64,000 nt of DNA from Gammaproteobacteria bacterium (lineage in GTDB: Bacteria; Pseudomonadota; Gammaproteobacteria; JBCCGL01), in assembly GCA_965277715.1 (NCBI GenBank), contig OZ255836.1, forward strand, positions 2,752,001 through 2,816,000, written 5' to 3'. Below the pieces are notes generated by a model, which saw only the letters and a program-made list of their open reading frames with translations, made no database searches and was not told the origin of the DNA. Of the stretch, positions 10,851 through 21,377 are shown piece after piece. Made by a program: the position numbers and the translations under genes. The number at the start of each line of letters is the position of its first letter. The first letter of the stretch is position 1.

Positions 10851-10908
10851 ACACCCACCGCCTTCGTACGTTCTCTTTTCAACAACTTGATGTTAGCGTT
10901 AACAGGCA

Positions 10909-12981
10909 TTAATTCAACGCCTTAATCCATACCGCCGTGTCGTGAAAAACGGCCCCCCCATTGGGTTTGCCCGGCTCGGCAGAAATAAGGGCATTGACAC
11001 CCACGCCCTCCTCAAACGCCGCGTTTGGCCAGAGGCTTTCAATCACCACCACCCCGGCTTGCAAGCCGTCGAATACCCTGGCGTGCAATACGATAGTGGC
11101 TAATGCATTGCCAACCCGCACGCGCATACCATCCTGAATGGTTAAACGGGCGCAGTCCTGTGGGTGTATCAGTAGCGTGGGCCGCCCCTCGCGCTGTACC
11201 GATGTGGGTGTCTCGGTAAAGCTGGTGTTGAGGAAGTTGCGTGCAGGTGCCGCGACCAGGCGGAAGGGGTGTTGCCGGTCTGCCGCGTTCATTACCGGCA
11301 TATAGTCTGGCAATGTGGGCATAGCGGCTGTATCGGCACCGACCCGCGACCAATCCGGCTTGAAATGAAATTTTTTGTCAGGGGTTTCAAAGCCGTTTAA
11401 AAAGTTACTGTTTTTAAAGTCCAGGCCACAGTCGTGCCAGTGTTTATCGAAGAGGGTTTGCTCGTCTGGCAGGTTGGAATTGCGCAGTGTTTTATCGATA
11501 AGCGCCCGTTCATCCAGTTCAAATGACGGGTGAGAGAGGCCCAGCCGCTTGGCCAGTTGTTGTAACACCCAGTGATTACTGCGGCACTCACCGGGCGCCT
11601 CAATGACTTTGCGGGTGGTCTGTACGTGGGTGTGCCCGCTGGCCTGGTAGAGGTCGTCGTGTTCGAGAAACATAGTGGCGGGAAGCACGATATCAGCCAT
11701 CGCGGCGGTTTCGGTCATAAACTGTTCGTGGACGCAAATAAATAAATCTTCGCGTGACAAACCGTTCTGTACTTTTAAGGTCTCCGGCGCGACGACCAGT
11801 GGGTTGGTGTTTTGAATAAACAAGGCAGTGACCGGCGGGCCGCCCTGTAAATCCTGCGGGTTGTTGCACAGCACATCACCAATACGCGACTGGTCGAATA
11901 CCCGCGTGCTGGCATCCAGACAATCGGATGCGGTAATCAGGGTGTTATCGATGGTATACAGCGCGGTGTTGCCGTACAGGGCGCCACCGCCGGGGTATTG
12001 CCAGGCACCACTGACCGCAGGCAGACAGGTCACTGCATGAACGTTGGCCGCGCCGTTGCGCGAGCGGGAGAAACCATAGCCGATACGAATAAAGCTGCGC
12101 TGTGTATTGCCATAGAGATGTGCAAAACGGACGATCTCATCGACACTCAGGCCAGTGATGTCTGCGGCCCACTGCGGGGTGCGGGTGCTTAGGTGTTGTT
12201 CCAGTTCGGCGGGTACGTCAGTGTATTTTTCGAGGTATTTGCGGTCTGCCAGGCCATCGCGAAACAACACGTGCATCACCGCGCAGGCCAGAGCGCCATC
12301 GCTGCCTGGGCGCAACATTAAGTGCATATCGGCTTTTTCTGCTGTCGGCGTGCGGTAGGGGTCGATTACCACCAGCCTGGCATTGCGGTGGCGTTTTGCC
12401 TTCGCGATGTGGTGCATAACATTGACTTGGGTGCTGACCGGGTTACCTCCCCAGATTACAATCAAATCGCTGTCGGCGATTGTGCGCGGATCTGCGCCGC
12501 GTTTTTTGCCTGTGCCTGCAATCCAGCCCGCGTCTGCCAGGGTGACGCAAAAGGTCGAGTGTTGGCGTGAGGTTTTTAGCAAATGGCGAAAGCGGTCGAG
12601 ACCATCGCGCTGTACCAGGCCCATCGTACCCGCATAGTGGTAGGGCCACAGGGTTTCACCGCCGTGTCTGTCGATAGCGGTAGAAAATTGTTTTGCTACC
12701 TGATCGAGCGCTTCATTCCAGCCAATCGGCTCAAAGGCCCCGATACCTTTTCCTTTTGCGCCCACGCGTCGCAATGGCTGGGTGAGTCGGTCGGGGTGGT
12801 GAATGCGCTCAGCGTAACGCGACACCTTGGCGCAAATAACCCCGGCTGTGTAGCTGTTGGCTTTGGCGCCGTAGACGCGGCCAATCGTGTGCGCATCGAC
12901 CACTTCGACTTCCAGTGCACAGGTGCTGGGGCAGTCGTGTGGGCAGGTTGAGTGTACGCGCTGGTGAGGTGAGTTAGCCAT
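10909..12981 (-). CDS. Molybdopterin oxidoreductase family protein
   Basis: CPHDCPSTC Fe-S motif, ICAKV, ADIVLPAT..LE, C-terminal molybdopterin dinucleotide-binding domain. Confidence 0.9.
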   Translation of the reverse strand: MANSPHQRVHSTCPHDCPSTCALEVEVVDAHTIGRVYGAKANSYTAGVICAKVSRYAERIHHPDRLTQPLRRVGAKGKGIGAFEPIGWNEALDQVAKQFSTAIDRHGGETLWPYHYAGTMGLVQRDGLDRFRHLLKTSRQHSTFCVTLADAGWIAGTGKKRGADPRTIADSDLIVIWGGNPVSTQVNVMHHIAKAKRHRNARLVVIDPYRTPTAEKADMHLMLRPGSDGALACAVMHVLFRDGLADRKYLEKYTDVPAELEQHLSTRTPQWAADITGLSVDEIVRFAHLYGNTQRSFIRIGYGFSRSRNGAANVHAVTCLPAVSGAWQYPGGGALYGNTALYTIDNTLITASDCLDASTRVFDQSRIGDVLCNNPQDLQGGPPVTALFIQNTNPLVVAPETLKVQNGLSREDLFICVHEQFMTETAAMADIVLPATMFLEHDDLYQASGHTHVQTTRKVIEAPGECRSNHWVLQQLAKRLGLSHPSFELDERALIDKTLRNSNLPDEQTLFDKHWHDCGLDFKNSNFLNGFETPDKKFHFKPDWSRVGADTAAMPTLPDYMPVMNAADRQHPFRLVAAPARNFLNTSFTETPTSVQREGRPTLLIHPQDCARLTIQDGMRVRVGNALATIVLHARVFDGLQAGVVVIESLWPNAAFEEGVGVNALISAEPGKPNGGAVFHDTAVWIKALN

Positions 12982-13143
12982 GTTATGTTGTTAATAACCG
13001 TGGGTTTAATAATTCAATCGGGCATGGAGGCATATCGATTACATTTTTGGTGATGACAATACAATTGTGCACCAGCCTGCAAGCTGCTATCAACCCATCG
13101 ATAGTGGGTAGCGATTGCCCTTGTCGCTCAGCCAACCCTTAAA

Positions 13144-13183
13144 CCTAAATTCTGCAGTTGAATCGTAGCGAGGGCGTCTAAGG
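13144..13183 (+). repeat. 40-bp dispersed repeat, copy of 442-481
   Basis: CCTAAATTC(C/T)GCAGTTGAATCGTAGCGAGGGCGTCTAAGG, 39/40 identical. Confidence 0.8.
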
Positions 13184-13572
13184 CTGGCCGGTCAGGGTTG
13201 GTATGGAATCAGTTGCCGGAGGGAGCTTACTCTAGATCATGGGGGCATACATCCTTATATGCCCTCAGATCAGCCGATGGGTTCCTTTGAGCCTGTGCTG
13301 GAATACCCATCATTAACTAACACCAGCAGCACCCCGAAAGTGTCCTTAATTGTCCGTGTAATCCTTGCGTATCACCACCTATATAAACCCGTTCCCTGTC
13401 TGTATCAGCAGGAGACGAACCAACTACACAACGCTATGCCTCCCTGCCACCCTACACCAAAAATCCACCATTAGAACCGGGGTTATTAAACAACAGTGAA
13501 CTTTCCTGTGGCTTGCAATATTATGCGTATCGCCATAGCGAATCTGTGAAAAATTACCTTTTTTACCAATCG

Positions 13573-14037
13573 ATGTTACATATTGTTTTATATCAACCTG
13601 AAATCCCACCCAATACGGGCAATGTTATTCGCCTGTGTGCGAATACCGGTGCACAGTTACATCTAATTCGCCCCCTGGCCTTTGAAATGGACGATAAGCG
13701 CCTGCGTCGTGCAGGACTCGACTACCGGGAATGGGCAAACATACGCGAACACGACTCCATCGAGGCATTTTGCCGTGGTGTTGAGCATAATCGGCTATAC
13801 GCCTTTACCACCCACGCCACGCGTATCTATAGCGAGGTAAACTTCGCGCATAACGATGCATTCCTGTTTGGCCCTGAAACACGGGGATTGCCCAAAGACT
13901 ACCTGCAATCACTCCCCGACAAACAGCGCATACGACTACCAATGCGTGAAGGCTCGCGTAGTATGAATTTATCCAATAGCGTGGCGGTAGCCGTTTATGA
14001 AGCCTGGCGGCAATTGGATTTTTGTGGTGGAAAATAG
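13573..14037 (+). CDS. trmL: tRNA (cytidine/uridine-34 2'-O)-methyltransferase
   Basis: [37 protein letters not shown] (SPOUT fold). Confidence 0.95.
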   Translation: MLHIVLYQPEIPPNTGNVIRLCANTGAQLHLIRPLAFEMDDKRLRRAGLDYREWANIREHDSIEAFCRGVEHNRLYAFTTHATRIYSEVNFAHNDAFLFGPETRGLPKDYLQSLPDKQRIRLPMREGSRSMNLSNSVAVAVYEAWRQLDFCGGK

Positions 14038-14118
14038 CAGGAATATGCCATAGAACGGCTATGTAAATCAGCACAAATGCTGAGCTGCTTAAAGACCAAT
14101 GAACACTAGCTATGCTTA

Positions 14119-14256
14119 GGAACGTGCACGAAATAACTTCCGGGGTTTGCAAATGTATCGATTTACCTTATAGCTGAGTTGGCTGAGTGTGTCATTAACA
14201 CATAGCCTATTATTTAAATAACATTATAAGAGTGGACATTATTTTGTGTGTGTTCC
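14119..14256. mobile_element. Degenerate second copy of the GGAACGTGCACG MITE family
   Basis: Exact left end GGAACGTGCACGAAATAA after TTA; decayed right end TTATTTTGTGTGTGTTCC. Confidence 0.5.
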
Positions 14257-14340
14257 ATAACACCCTACGCTGCCCACATAGAAAAAGAGTAGACGTTAGC
14301 TCACCTTTTACTAACCTTTGTATTTATTCGTGGTGCTGTA

Positions 14341-14453
14341 GGGGGTTCGTTCGCGGGGCGCAGGTGTATTTATTTATGCTGTGCACAGCGAGCGAATTCC
14401 TTTTTACTAGCACACAGCAGAGAAAGACACTTACACTTCGCGAGCGAAACCCC
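14341..14453. other. Long imperfect intergenic hairpin
   Basis: GGGGTTCGTTCGCGGGGCGCAGGTGT pairs with ACACTTACACTTCGCGAGCGAAACCCC; inner TGCTGTG/CACAGCA stem. Confidence 0.5.
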
Positions 14454-14534
14454 AAACAGTAAAGTGCCTGCCCTTTTGAATAGTAGTGTTAAGTATGCTA
14501 TTTCAATATACAAACTGTGGCTGTCCGTGCAGTA

Positions 14535-14750
14535 CTACTCAAATTCAAATAATGCCTTTACTTCGACACTCAGCCCCCTCGCGATCTTTTCCAGGTTATC
14601 AAACTTAGGGCCAAATACACCTCGCTCAATATTACTAATCGATTCAACAGTCAAACCCGTGCTTTCGGCAAGCTGATCTTGCGTTAAACCCGCTTGTTTG
14701 CGAAGCACTTTAAGCTTAAGGCCAAACTGTGTTTTCAAGTTTGCTTGCAT
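14535..14750 (-). CDS. XRE-family HTH transcriptional regulator
   Basis: LRKQAGLTQDQLAE...ISNIERG...P. Confidence 0.85.
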   Translation of the reverse strand: MQANLKTQFGLKLKVLRKQAGLTQDQLAESTGLTVESISNIERGVFGPKFDNLEKIARGLSVEVKALFEFE

Positions 14751-14897
14751 TCACGCCTCCAATATCGAGGCAAACAGAATATTGAAGTTGTACTTCCATA
14801 AAAACGAATTTAAATTTCGTTTTATTGATATGAAATAAAAAACCACTTGCTACACCTGAATTTAAGTCAACACCAACAGAATTTATTGAGCATCACT

Positions 14898-15227
14898 ATG
14901 CAAAACCCCAGCCAAAAATCACACCTAACGACCAGAACAACAGCAGAGCCTGCACACGAAACACAAAACAGAATAATCATCGATCGCAAACAGGCCGGGC
15001 GGATTAACCCGCTAATTGACCGTAATGGCGCATCCGATACCTTATTCCGCTGTCGCTATATTCTGGCATTAATCACCGAATTAACAGGTGAGCAGCAAGC
15101 CTATGGCGAAGTACTCCAACTAGGCCATCGTTCAACAACGGGCCTGCACTACCTTTTGGAAATTTTAGATGCCGCACTGGAATATGAAGAATATGGGAGT
15201 ACAGGGCTGTCTGAGGTTCGTGAGTAG
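14898..15227 (+). CDS. Hypothetical protein, divergent from XRE regulator
   Basis: Open ORF of 109 aa; no motif recognised. Confidence 0.45.
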   Translation: MQNPSQKSHLTTRTTAEPAHETQNRIIIDRKQAGRINPLIDRNGASDTLFRCRYILALITELTGEQQAYGEVLQLGHRSTTGLHYLLEILDAALEYEEYGSTGLSEVRE

Positions 15228-15405
15228 TTTTTGTTTTTTCTCAGCAATTGGATCAAGAGTCAGGCACAAATATTAAAAATGTGATTTAAAGAACTCCCGG
15301 AAAAACCACCCGCTCTGGATTAAGTTTCAAGCAAGCCATATAGCAAATAATATCGAGAACGCAATAATTAAATGTGTAAGATGATATTTGACCCCCTTCG
15401 TTTTT

Positions 15406-15696
15406 CCAGCGGCGGCCAATAGGCCAAGCTCGTAGCCAGAGGAGCTGGCGGTCTTGGTCTTGGTCATGGTCGCGGCGATGGGCTTTGCCGCCACCGAGGT
15501 CAGGGTTTTCGTCAGTAACAGCTCCACACAGGAGAACATAAAACAAAAGAATGCCGCCACGCCAATGCCCGAGTGGATGGTCAGCAAGAAGATTCGCAGG
15601 AAGAAGCGTGGAAATGAATAGCCGTCGATATACGCGGTTTCATCCAGCTCTTTGGGCACGCCGGACATAAACCCATCGAATATCCATACCGCCAGC
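15406..15696 (-). pseudogene. Duplicated internal fragment of the glycerol ABC permease gene (source ~43182-43467)
   Basis: Near-identical DNA with a few substitutions and a 6-bp duplication; starts ~10 bp after TGACCCC (15389). Confidence 0.9.
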
Positions 15697-15889
15697 AGTA
15701 AAAGTGCTTGTCCTTTTGAATATTTTTTTGGTGCCTGCTTTCTTGATTTGCGGTGCAACTTTCCCAAAGTATACTACAATTTTAAGTAGTAGGTTATTGG
15801 TTGGCAAAAAATCTAAACGATACCAATTAAAACTCCTACTACACCAAGCCAACTGTGCTTAATTACCTAACTAATTTTAGGGTTACCTT

Positions 15890-17044
15890 ATGCTACCAAA
15901 AAACAATATCGATATTACCTCGACTCAATACTTTCGCCCCACGTCATTATCAATTGAGTCACTCTTCTACGGTCTACAAGCGTTAAAAAATCCTCCCCCT
16001 CTTTTCAAGCAATTGGGGCTTGATCTGCATTATTTTGAGTTTTCTTCACCTGAAAGTGACAACAAAGACAGGAGGCCACAGGGTGTTACCAAGAAGGGGG
16101 ACTACATCATCAATAGCTGGTATTTTACAAATGATGCTACTTCAACCAATAAAGATAAGTGTAAATTAACAATCGCAGATACCAATACTAATGCCTATGT
16201 TAATGTTGTACCCGTTGAGCGTAATTCAGCAGGAAAATATGAGGGTATCACGTCTCATGCTGGAGGTATCACTATAGTGGGAGACTATTTATACATGGTG
16301 GATAAGATTGGCTCGGATAAGGGAATGAGAGTATTTTCCCTCAATAACATTCTCGAGGTAAACAAAAACACTCAGGATATTGCAACTGATGCCAGTAGCT
16401 TTATACTCGACTATAGTTATATGCTGCCAGAAGTGGGAGTGTTTACTGTCGATACACCGAGTAATGTTAATTTGAGTTATTTGTCTGTGGCGATGATTGA
16501 TAATACATCTTATTTCTTAACGGGTAATTTTTATAAAAGCGACGAATCTAAATACAACGCAGGGGGGAAATCTATGATGTGGCTATTTCCAATAAACACG
16601 AACGGGCCATCTTTTCCCTTTATCGATACAACTGCCAAGACTTATCAAATTGAACCGATGTATCCATCTGGTGAACATAAAAATAAGACAGTTTCTCGTA
16701 TTCAAGGAGCGACGATCACTGATAATGTTTTAATGATCAGCCGCTCTTGGGCTGATAAAAGTTATCAGTTGATTGGAATTGAATATAGTAGGGATATTCG
16801 TAAATTAGATGACTATAAGACTGATAAAATATCAGAATATTTTGATGGAACAGATACTTCACCTGAAAATAATAATGCTAAAAACTGGCTAGTAGGTTGT
16901 GAGAATCTACATCATGATAGGGAGACGGGTAATCTTTATACAGTAACAGAATTTAAGCCAGATTATAGATCGTCACCTGGAAGAAGAAATTATTATGTAG
17001 ACTATGATTCTGTAAAAGCGTTAATTAATCAACCGCCTTCCTAG
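15890..17044 (+). CDS. Hypothetical AT-rich protein, possibly beta-propeller-like
   Basis: 384-aa ORF, beta-rich segments with PQG, HAGG, IQG, GCEN motifs; own terminator. Confidence 0.6.
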   Translation: MLPKNNIDITSTQYFRPTSLSIESLFYGLQALKNPPPLFKQLGLDLHYFEFSSPESDNKDRRPQGVTKKGDYIINSWYFTNDATSTNKDKCKLTIADTNTNAYVNVVPVERNSAGKYEGITSHAGGITIVGDYLYMVDKIGSDKGMRVFSLNNILEVNKNTQDIATDASSFILDYSYMLPEVGVFTVDTPSNVNLSYLSVAMIDNTSYFLTGNFYKSDESKYNAGGKSMMWLFPINTNGPSFPFIDTTAKTYQIEPMYPSGEHKNKTVSRIQGATITDNVLMISRSWADKSYQLIGIEYSRDIRKLDDYKTDKISEYFDGTDTSPENNNAKNWLVGCENLHHDRETGNLYTVTEFKPDYRSSPGRRNYYVDYDSVKALINQPPS

Positions 17045-17056
17045 GCAAATCGATAA

Positions 17057-17091
17057 AAATAAACGAGGCCATAATATGGCCTCGTTTATTT
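17057..17091. terminator. Intrinsic terminator hairpin
   Basis: AAATAAACGAGGCCAT-AAT-ATGGCCTCGTTTATTT perfect 16-bp stem. Confidence 0.8.
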
Positions 17092-17214
17092 GATCCACGG
17101 GTGAGTGAGAAAAGAAAAAAGAAGGCAAGCATATTTTAAACGCCAGGTTATTTTCATCAACACTTGATTCGTCAAAATACTCCTCTTCAGGTTTCCAACA
17201 ATTGTCGAGGTATT

Positions 17215-17362
17215 CCCATCGCCTTAATCCAAATGCTTCAGCAATTTTCCTGAGCCAGCGACCATCTATCTCTCGACACAGGTACATACATATCGAGCGT
17301 GTTAACGGCGTCTGCTGTTCGCCACGTTTGGCGTTTATTAAAACCTCTCTGATCAACTTCAT
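17215..17362 (-). pseudogene. C-terminal HTH remnant of a third, diverged Y1 transposase
   Basis: RSICMYLCREIDGRWLRKIAEAFGL resembles RKLAMYYCQRFGDMSLKAITQHFGL of 20177..21145. Confidence 0.55.
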
Positions 17363-17402
17363 TTTCTTCGCTGTGCGTGTAATTAGAACGGTATTGGTAC
17401 CT

Positions 17403-17635
17403 CTACGGTAATAACTTGTCCATTAAGCGCGCAAATAGTTATCAATAAACGCCTGCAAAGCCAGCTCAGCCCCCTTAGGTACATGCAAGCCTTTTTTACT
17501 GCGCCGCCACAGAATGTCATCCGCGCTGGATGCCCATTCGTGCTCGATCAGGTATTCCACTTCGCGTTGGTAGAGTGGCCCACCAAAATGCTGGCCCAGT
17601 TCCGCCATTGTGTTGGCATCGCCAATCAGTGTGTG
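17403..17635 (-). pseudogene. Duplicated 3' end of glpD (source 41282-41514)
   Basis: 233-bp near-identical copy ending 8 bp before GGGGTCA (17644). Confidence 0.9.
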
Positions 17636-17655
17636 AAGTGAAAGGGGTCATATAT

Positions 17656-19215
17656 CAATGGCACTAAGTTAAGCGGTTTTAGCGGGTAAAATAAACGAAA
17701 AAATAACTGTAATAAACCCAACAAAACAGGCTGAAATGTTATAATTTTGTATGAAAAATACAACCTTATTTCTACCCGGATTTAACATCCAAACACTCCG
17801 CAAAACACCCCGTTCAGCCATTCAAATCTTGCACGATAAGATAGCAAAAATACGTCACAAATCACTGAGTGAACTACCTGTTTTTCTTGGCGATATCATA
17901 CCCACGAATATTCTTAAACCGAATGATTGTGGTGTGAATAGTCGTCGACGTATTTTCAGTAAAGAAAATACTTTCTGGTTGTTTTTTTAACAAATAATAA
18001 ACGCCGATGGTGGCTGTAAAGAAGTCGTTAGACAACTGCAAAATGTCGCCCACAACCAAGGCATTCCCATACCTTCATCATCCACCTCCGCCTATTGCCA
18101 AGCACGTAAAAAACTACCCATGGACGATCTTAAAAACGTATTTTCAGGGACGTGTCGATTATCGACACCTCAACCCAAAGCGCTCCAAGGTCGACCGGTT
18201 ATCGTTGCCGATGGGACAGGCCTATCCATGCCCGATACGCCCGCGAATCAACAAACTTACCCACAACCAAAATCACAAACACAGGGATGCGGATTTCCTC
18301 AAGCACGGCTTTTAGCTTGTTTTAATCTTTATAGCGGTTTAATTCTGAGCTATGCACTAGGAAATAAAAAAAGTCATGAGCTAAGACTTTTAGAAGAACA
18401 ATGGGATACCTTCAATGAAGGTGACATTTTCTTAGGTGATAAAGGTTTTTGCAGCTTCTACGATATTGACTGCCTCTCTCGACGAACGGTTGACAGTGTC
18501 GTTACATTGGCGCGGAGAACGCCCAGCACTGCCTCCCAGGCCAAAAAGAAGATAGCCGATAATGACCTTCATATTGAATGGCAAAAACCTAAACACACAA
18601 AAGCGACCCGTTACACAAAAGAGCAGCATAGCGACCTTCCAAAGACCTTAACTTTACGACAAATACACGTCAGTATTGTACGAAAAGGATTTAGGACGAA
18701 CCATTTTTATATCATCACGACACTACTTGATGCTCAGCAATATCCCGCTATAGAAATTATCGACCTCTATGCACAGCGCTGGAATGTGGAACTGTATTTT
18801 CGCAATATTAAAACCACCATGGGTATGGATATATTACGCTGTAAAACACCTGATATGGTTCGTAAGGAAATCATCATGCACATGATTGTTTACAACACGA
18901 TCAGGCACATCATGTGTGTCGCTTCATACCGACATGACACACCGGTTGATCGGCTAAGTCTTAAAGGTGTTTTGCAAACACTCCGACAAAGCACTTCATC
19001 ACTTGGTAGTGGGCAGAGTCCAGCACAAAAAAGACGGCAATATCTTGATTATTTATATGCAGCGATTGCGGATGACCGTGTGCTTCATCGACCTTTTAGG
19101 TTTGAACCAAGAGTGGTAAAAAGGCGACCTAAACCACGGGCATTAATGACTCGACCAAGGAACGTTTTAAAAACTGAATATTGGCAAGCTAAAGCGGCTT
19201 AACTTAGTGCCATTG
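17656..19215 (+). mobile_element. IS4-family element A; transposase 17751..19202 broken by an in-frame TAA (17988-17990)
   Basis: IRs CAATGGCACTAAGTT / AACTTAGTGCCATTG; 11-bp TSD GGGTCATATAT (17645-17655, 19216-19226); DGT, GDKGF, YxxRWxVE. Confidence 0.9.
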
Positions 19216-19218
19216 GGG

Positions 19219-20170
19219 TCATATATGGACCCGCAGTTAAATTCAACAATTTTTTAATCGTTCATTCATTTTTTTAGCGTTCAGAGCAGACACAGTAAAT
19301 AAGGTTAGCAGTCATATATCCGGCTTCTCGATAGGACGGATTGTATTTGTTTATCCGTCCAGAGCCATAATGGGAACCGTGCTCAGACACCTCATCAAGC
19401 AATCGGTCTGTGAAGACCATGACCCCCTCCAGGTTCTGTCTGAGCCGGTTTAACCTGTTATACCCTTTACTGCTCTTTCGCTACCTCGTGGTAAGAAATC
19501 TTCAACGACGTTATTAAACTGTTTTATGCACGTAAGTTGTATTATTAGCCGCTACCGCCCAGCTAATTCTGGCGAGCTTATTGGCCAATGCCACCGCCGC
19601 CACACAATGGCCCCGACGTGCTTTGACACGACAGGCCCAACGACTTAGCCCATCATCGTGTTTAGGCATTCGACTTAATGCCGCTTGCGCCCCCTGTATC
19701 AACAAAGTGCGCACGTGTTCGTCCCCGCGTTTACTGATACCTTTGAGTTGCGTTTTGCCCCCCGAACTATATTGACGAGGAATGAGACCCAAAAAGGCGG
19801 AAAACTCACGCCCGTTTTTATAAAAACCCGGATCGCCCATTGCTGTAAACAAGGCAGTGGCGACCAGAGGCCCTACACCCGGCAGTGTTTTTAATTGCTA
19901 GCAGCGCTCATGCTGGTTACTCAACTGGGTTAACCGTTTTGTGTAGTGTGTTACGCGTTTATCAATCTCCACTCGTTCATCATACAAAGCACTGAACACT
20001 TCACGTGCTGTGCTTGAAAAATATTTTTGGCTAGATCAATACCCAATCGGGTGATATTCTCGTTCATGGACTCGCTCCTACCTTTATTAGGTGATAATAG
20101 ATTGGTTGTGTTACCGCTCAATCTTGGCACATTGTGATGCCGATTCAAAGGGAGCGGGTCCATCCCATCA
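19219..20170 (-). mobile_element. IS110-family (IS1111 group) element, internally deleted
   Basis: GIDLAK start, GLIPRQYSSGGK...AVALANKLAR; subterminal IR ATGGACCCGC; TCA core repeated at both ends. Confidence 0.85.
19307..19446 (-). ncRNA. Putative bridge/seekRNA, copy 1
   Basis: Reverse complement of the structured region at 29262-29401. Confidence 0.6.
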
Positions 20171-20176
20171 GGCAAG

Positions 20177-21145
20177 TTATTTACTATTTAACTGATTTTC
20201 AATTTGATGCATCACCTCTTTAAGTTCTCCCTTGTCCAGCTCTTTCTTGACGTGAGCTATTGCACTCGACACACCACCAGGGTGACTTAACCCAAAATGT
20301 TGAGTAATCGCCTTTAACGACATATCACCAAACCGCTGGCAGTAATACATGGCCAATTTGCGGGGAGTGTTCGCGCTACCTCCCTTACCTTGACTATCCG
20401 AAATACTGCCTTCACTCACTCGGCAACAATTTGCCACCGTTTTTACTATCACACTGCTGGCTACCTTTTCCCGCAATTGGGGCCGCACATCAACGCCACT
20501 CTGGCTTTCTTTGTACTCGGCCAACTGTGAGCGGAACACCTTGTCACCTAACACCGTCGATAGGTTATTTTTGCCGTAAAAGCGCTGTATATCCTCATCA
20601 ATCCCTTGGTCTACATAGTCTGTGTAACATTGACAGTCGTTTTTCACCGGTAAACAGGCATAAACACGATCACGACACAACCAAGCAGGGTTCAATGCTC
20701 TTCCTATGTAAGCCGGGTAACTAGACCAGGGATAGTTCTTTAGCGATTGAACCAGAGGTCGTTTAGTCTCAATGGGGTTTCTATGTATATAGCGAGACAG
20801 GGGTAATAGATACGCATCTTCATCGACATTGATGGCTTTAAATCGCCCTCTAAACTGAGGGCCATCCGTTTTTTTAAGGCGGTTATAACGCTGTGTATAG
20901 ACACCATCGATATGCTGCATAATGCGACTGAGGTTAGCATCAGGTGTTTCCAGCAGTAGGTGGTAGTGATTGCCCATTAGGCAATAAGCGTGAATCACGG
21001 CGTGAAAACGCTCTGCGGCTTCGGTCAATGTGGCGAGAAACGCTTGGTAGTAAGCTTCGCTATGAAAAACCGTCTTACGCTCCCGACCACGGTTTATTAT
21101 ATGGTAGAAGGCGTTTTCATATTCTATGCGGTGAGGTCTTGGCAT
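20177..21145 (-). CDS. Y1 HUH (RAYT/IS200-like) transposase with C-terminal DnaA_C-like HTH, family A copy 1
   Basis: MPRPHR..YH..NRG, NHYHLL (HUH), RYIHRNP, YPWSSY; element ends GGGGTCA (17644, displaced by nested ISs) and TGACCCC (21184). Confidence 0.85.
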   Translation of the reverse strand: MPRPHRIEYENAFYHIINRGRERKTVFHSEAYYQAFLATLTEAAERFHAVIHAYCLMGNHYHLLLETPDANLSRIMQHIDGVYTQRYNRLKKTDGPQFRGRFKAINVDEDAYLLPLSRYIHRNPIETKRPLVQSLKNYPWSSYPAYIGRALNPAWLCRDRVYACLPVKNDCQCYTDYVDQGIDEDIQRFYGKNNLSTVLGDKVFRSQLAEYKESQSGVDVRPQLREKVASSVIVKTVANCCRVSEGSISDSQGKGGSANTPRKLAMYYCQRFGDMSLKAITQHFGLSHPGGVSSAIAHVKKELDKGELKEVMHQIENQLNSK

Positions 21146-21297
21146 GGGGTGATATTGACATAATCTATGATAAATAACTAGCCTGACCCCTTTTCCCTAT
21201 ATGGTAGAAGGCGTTTTCATATTCTATGCGGTGAGGTCTTGGCATGGGGTGATATTGACATAATCTATGATAAATAACTAGCCTGACCCCTTTTCCC
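21098..21297. repeat. 100-bp tandem duplication of the Y1 element end
   Basis: 21098-21197 repeated at 21198-21297, each ending GCCTGACCCCTTTTCCC. Confidence 0.9.
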
Positions 21298-21329
21298 TTT
21301 TTCCCTTTCTTTCCTTATGTTTTTACAAT

Positions 21330-21354
21330 AGCCAGCCTTCTATGAAGGCTGGCT
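21330..21354. terminator. Terminator hairpin of the adhesin gene
   Basis: AGCCAGCCTTC-TAT-GAAGGCTGGCT. Confidence 0.7.
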
Positions 21355-21377
21355 TTATACGCTTTTCTAGGATGAAA

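Noticed and set aside
15327-15767. 146-aa ORF resembling an ABC permease
   Set aside because: Chimera of the duplicated glpQ fragment and unrelated flanks
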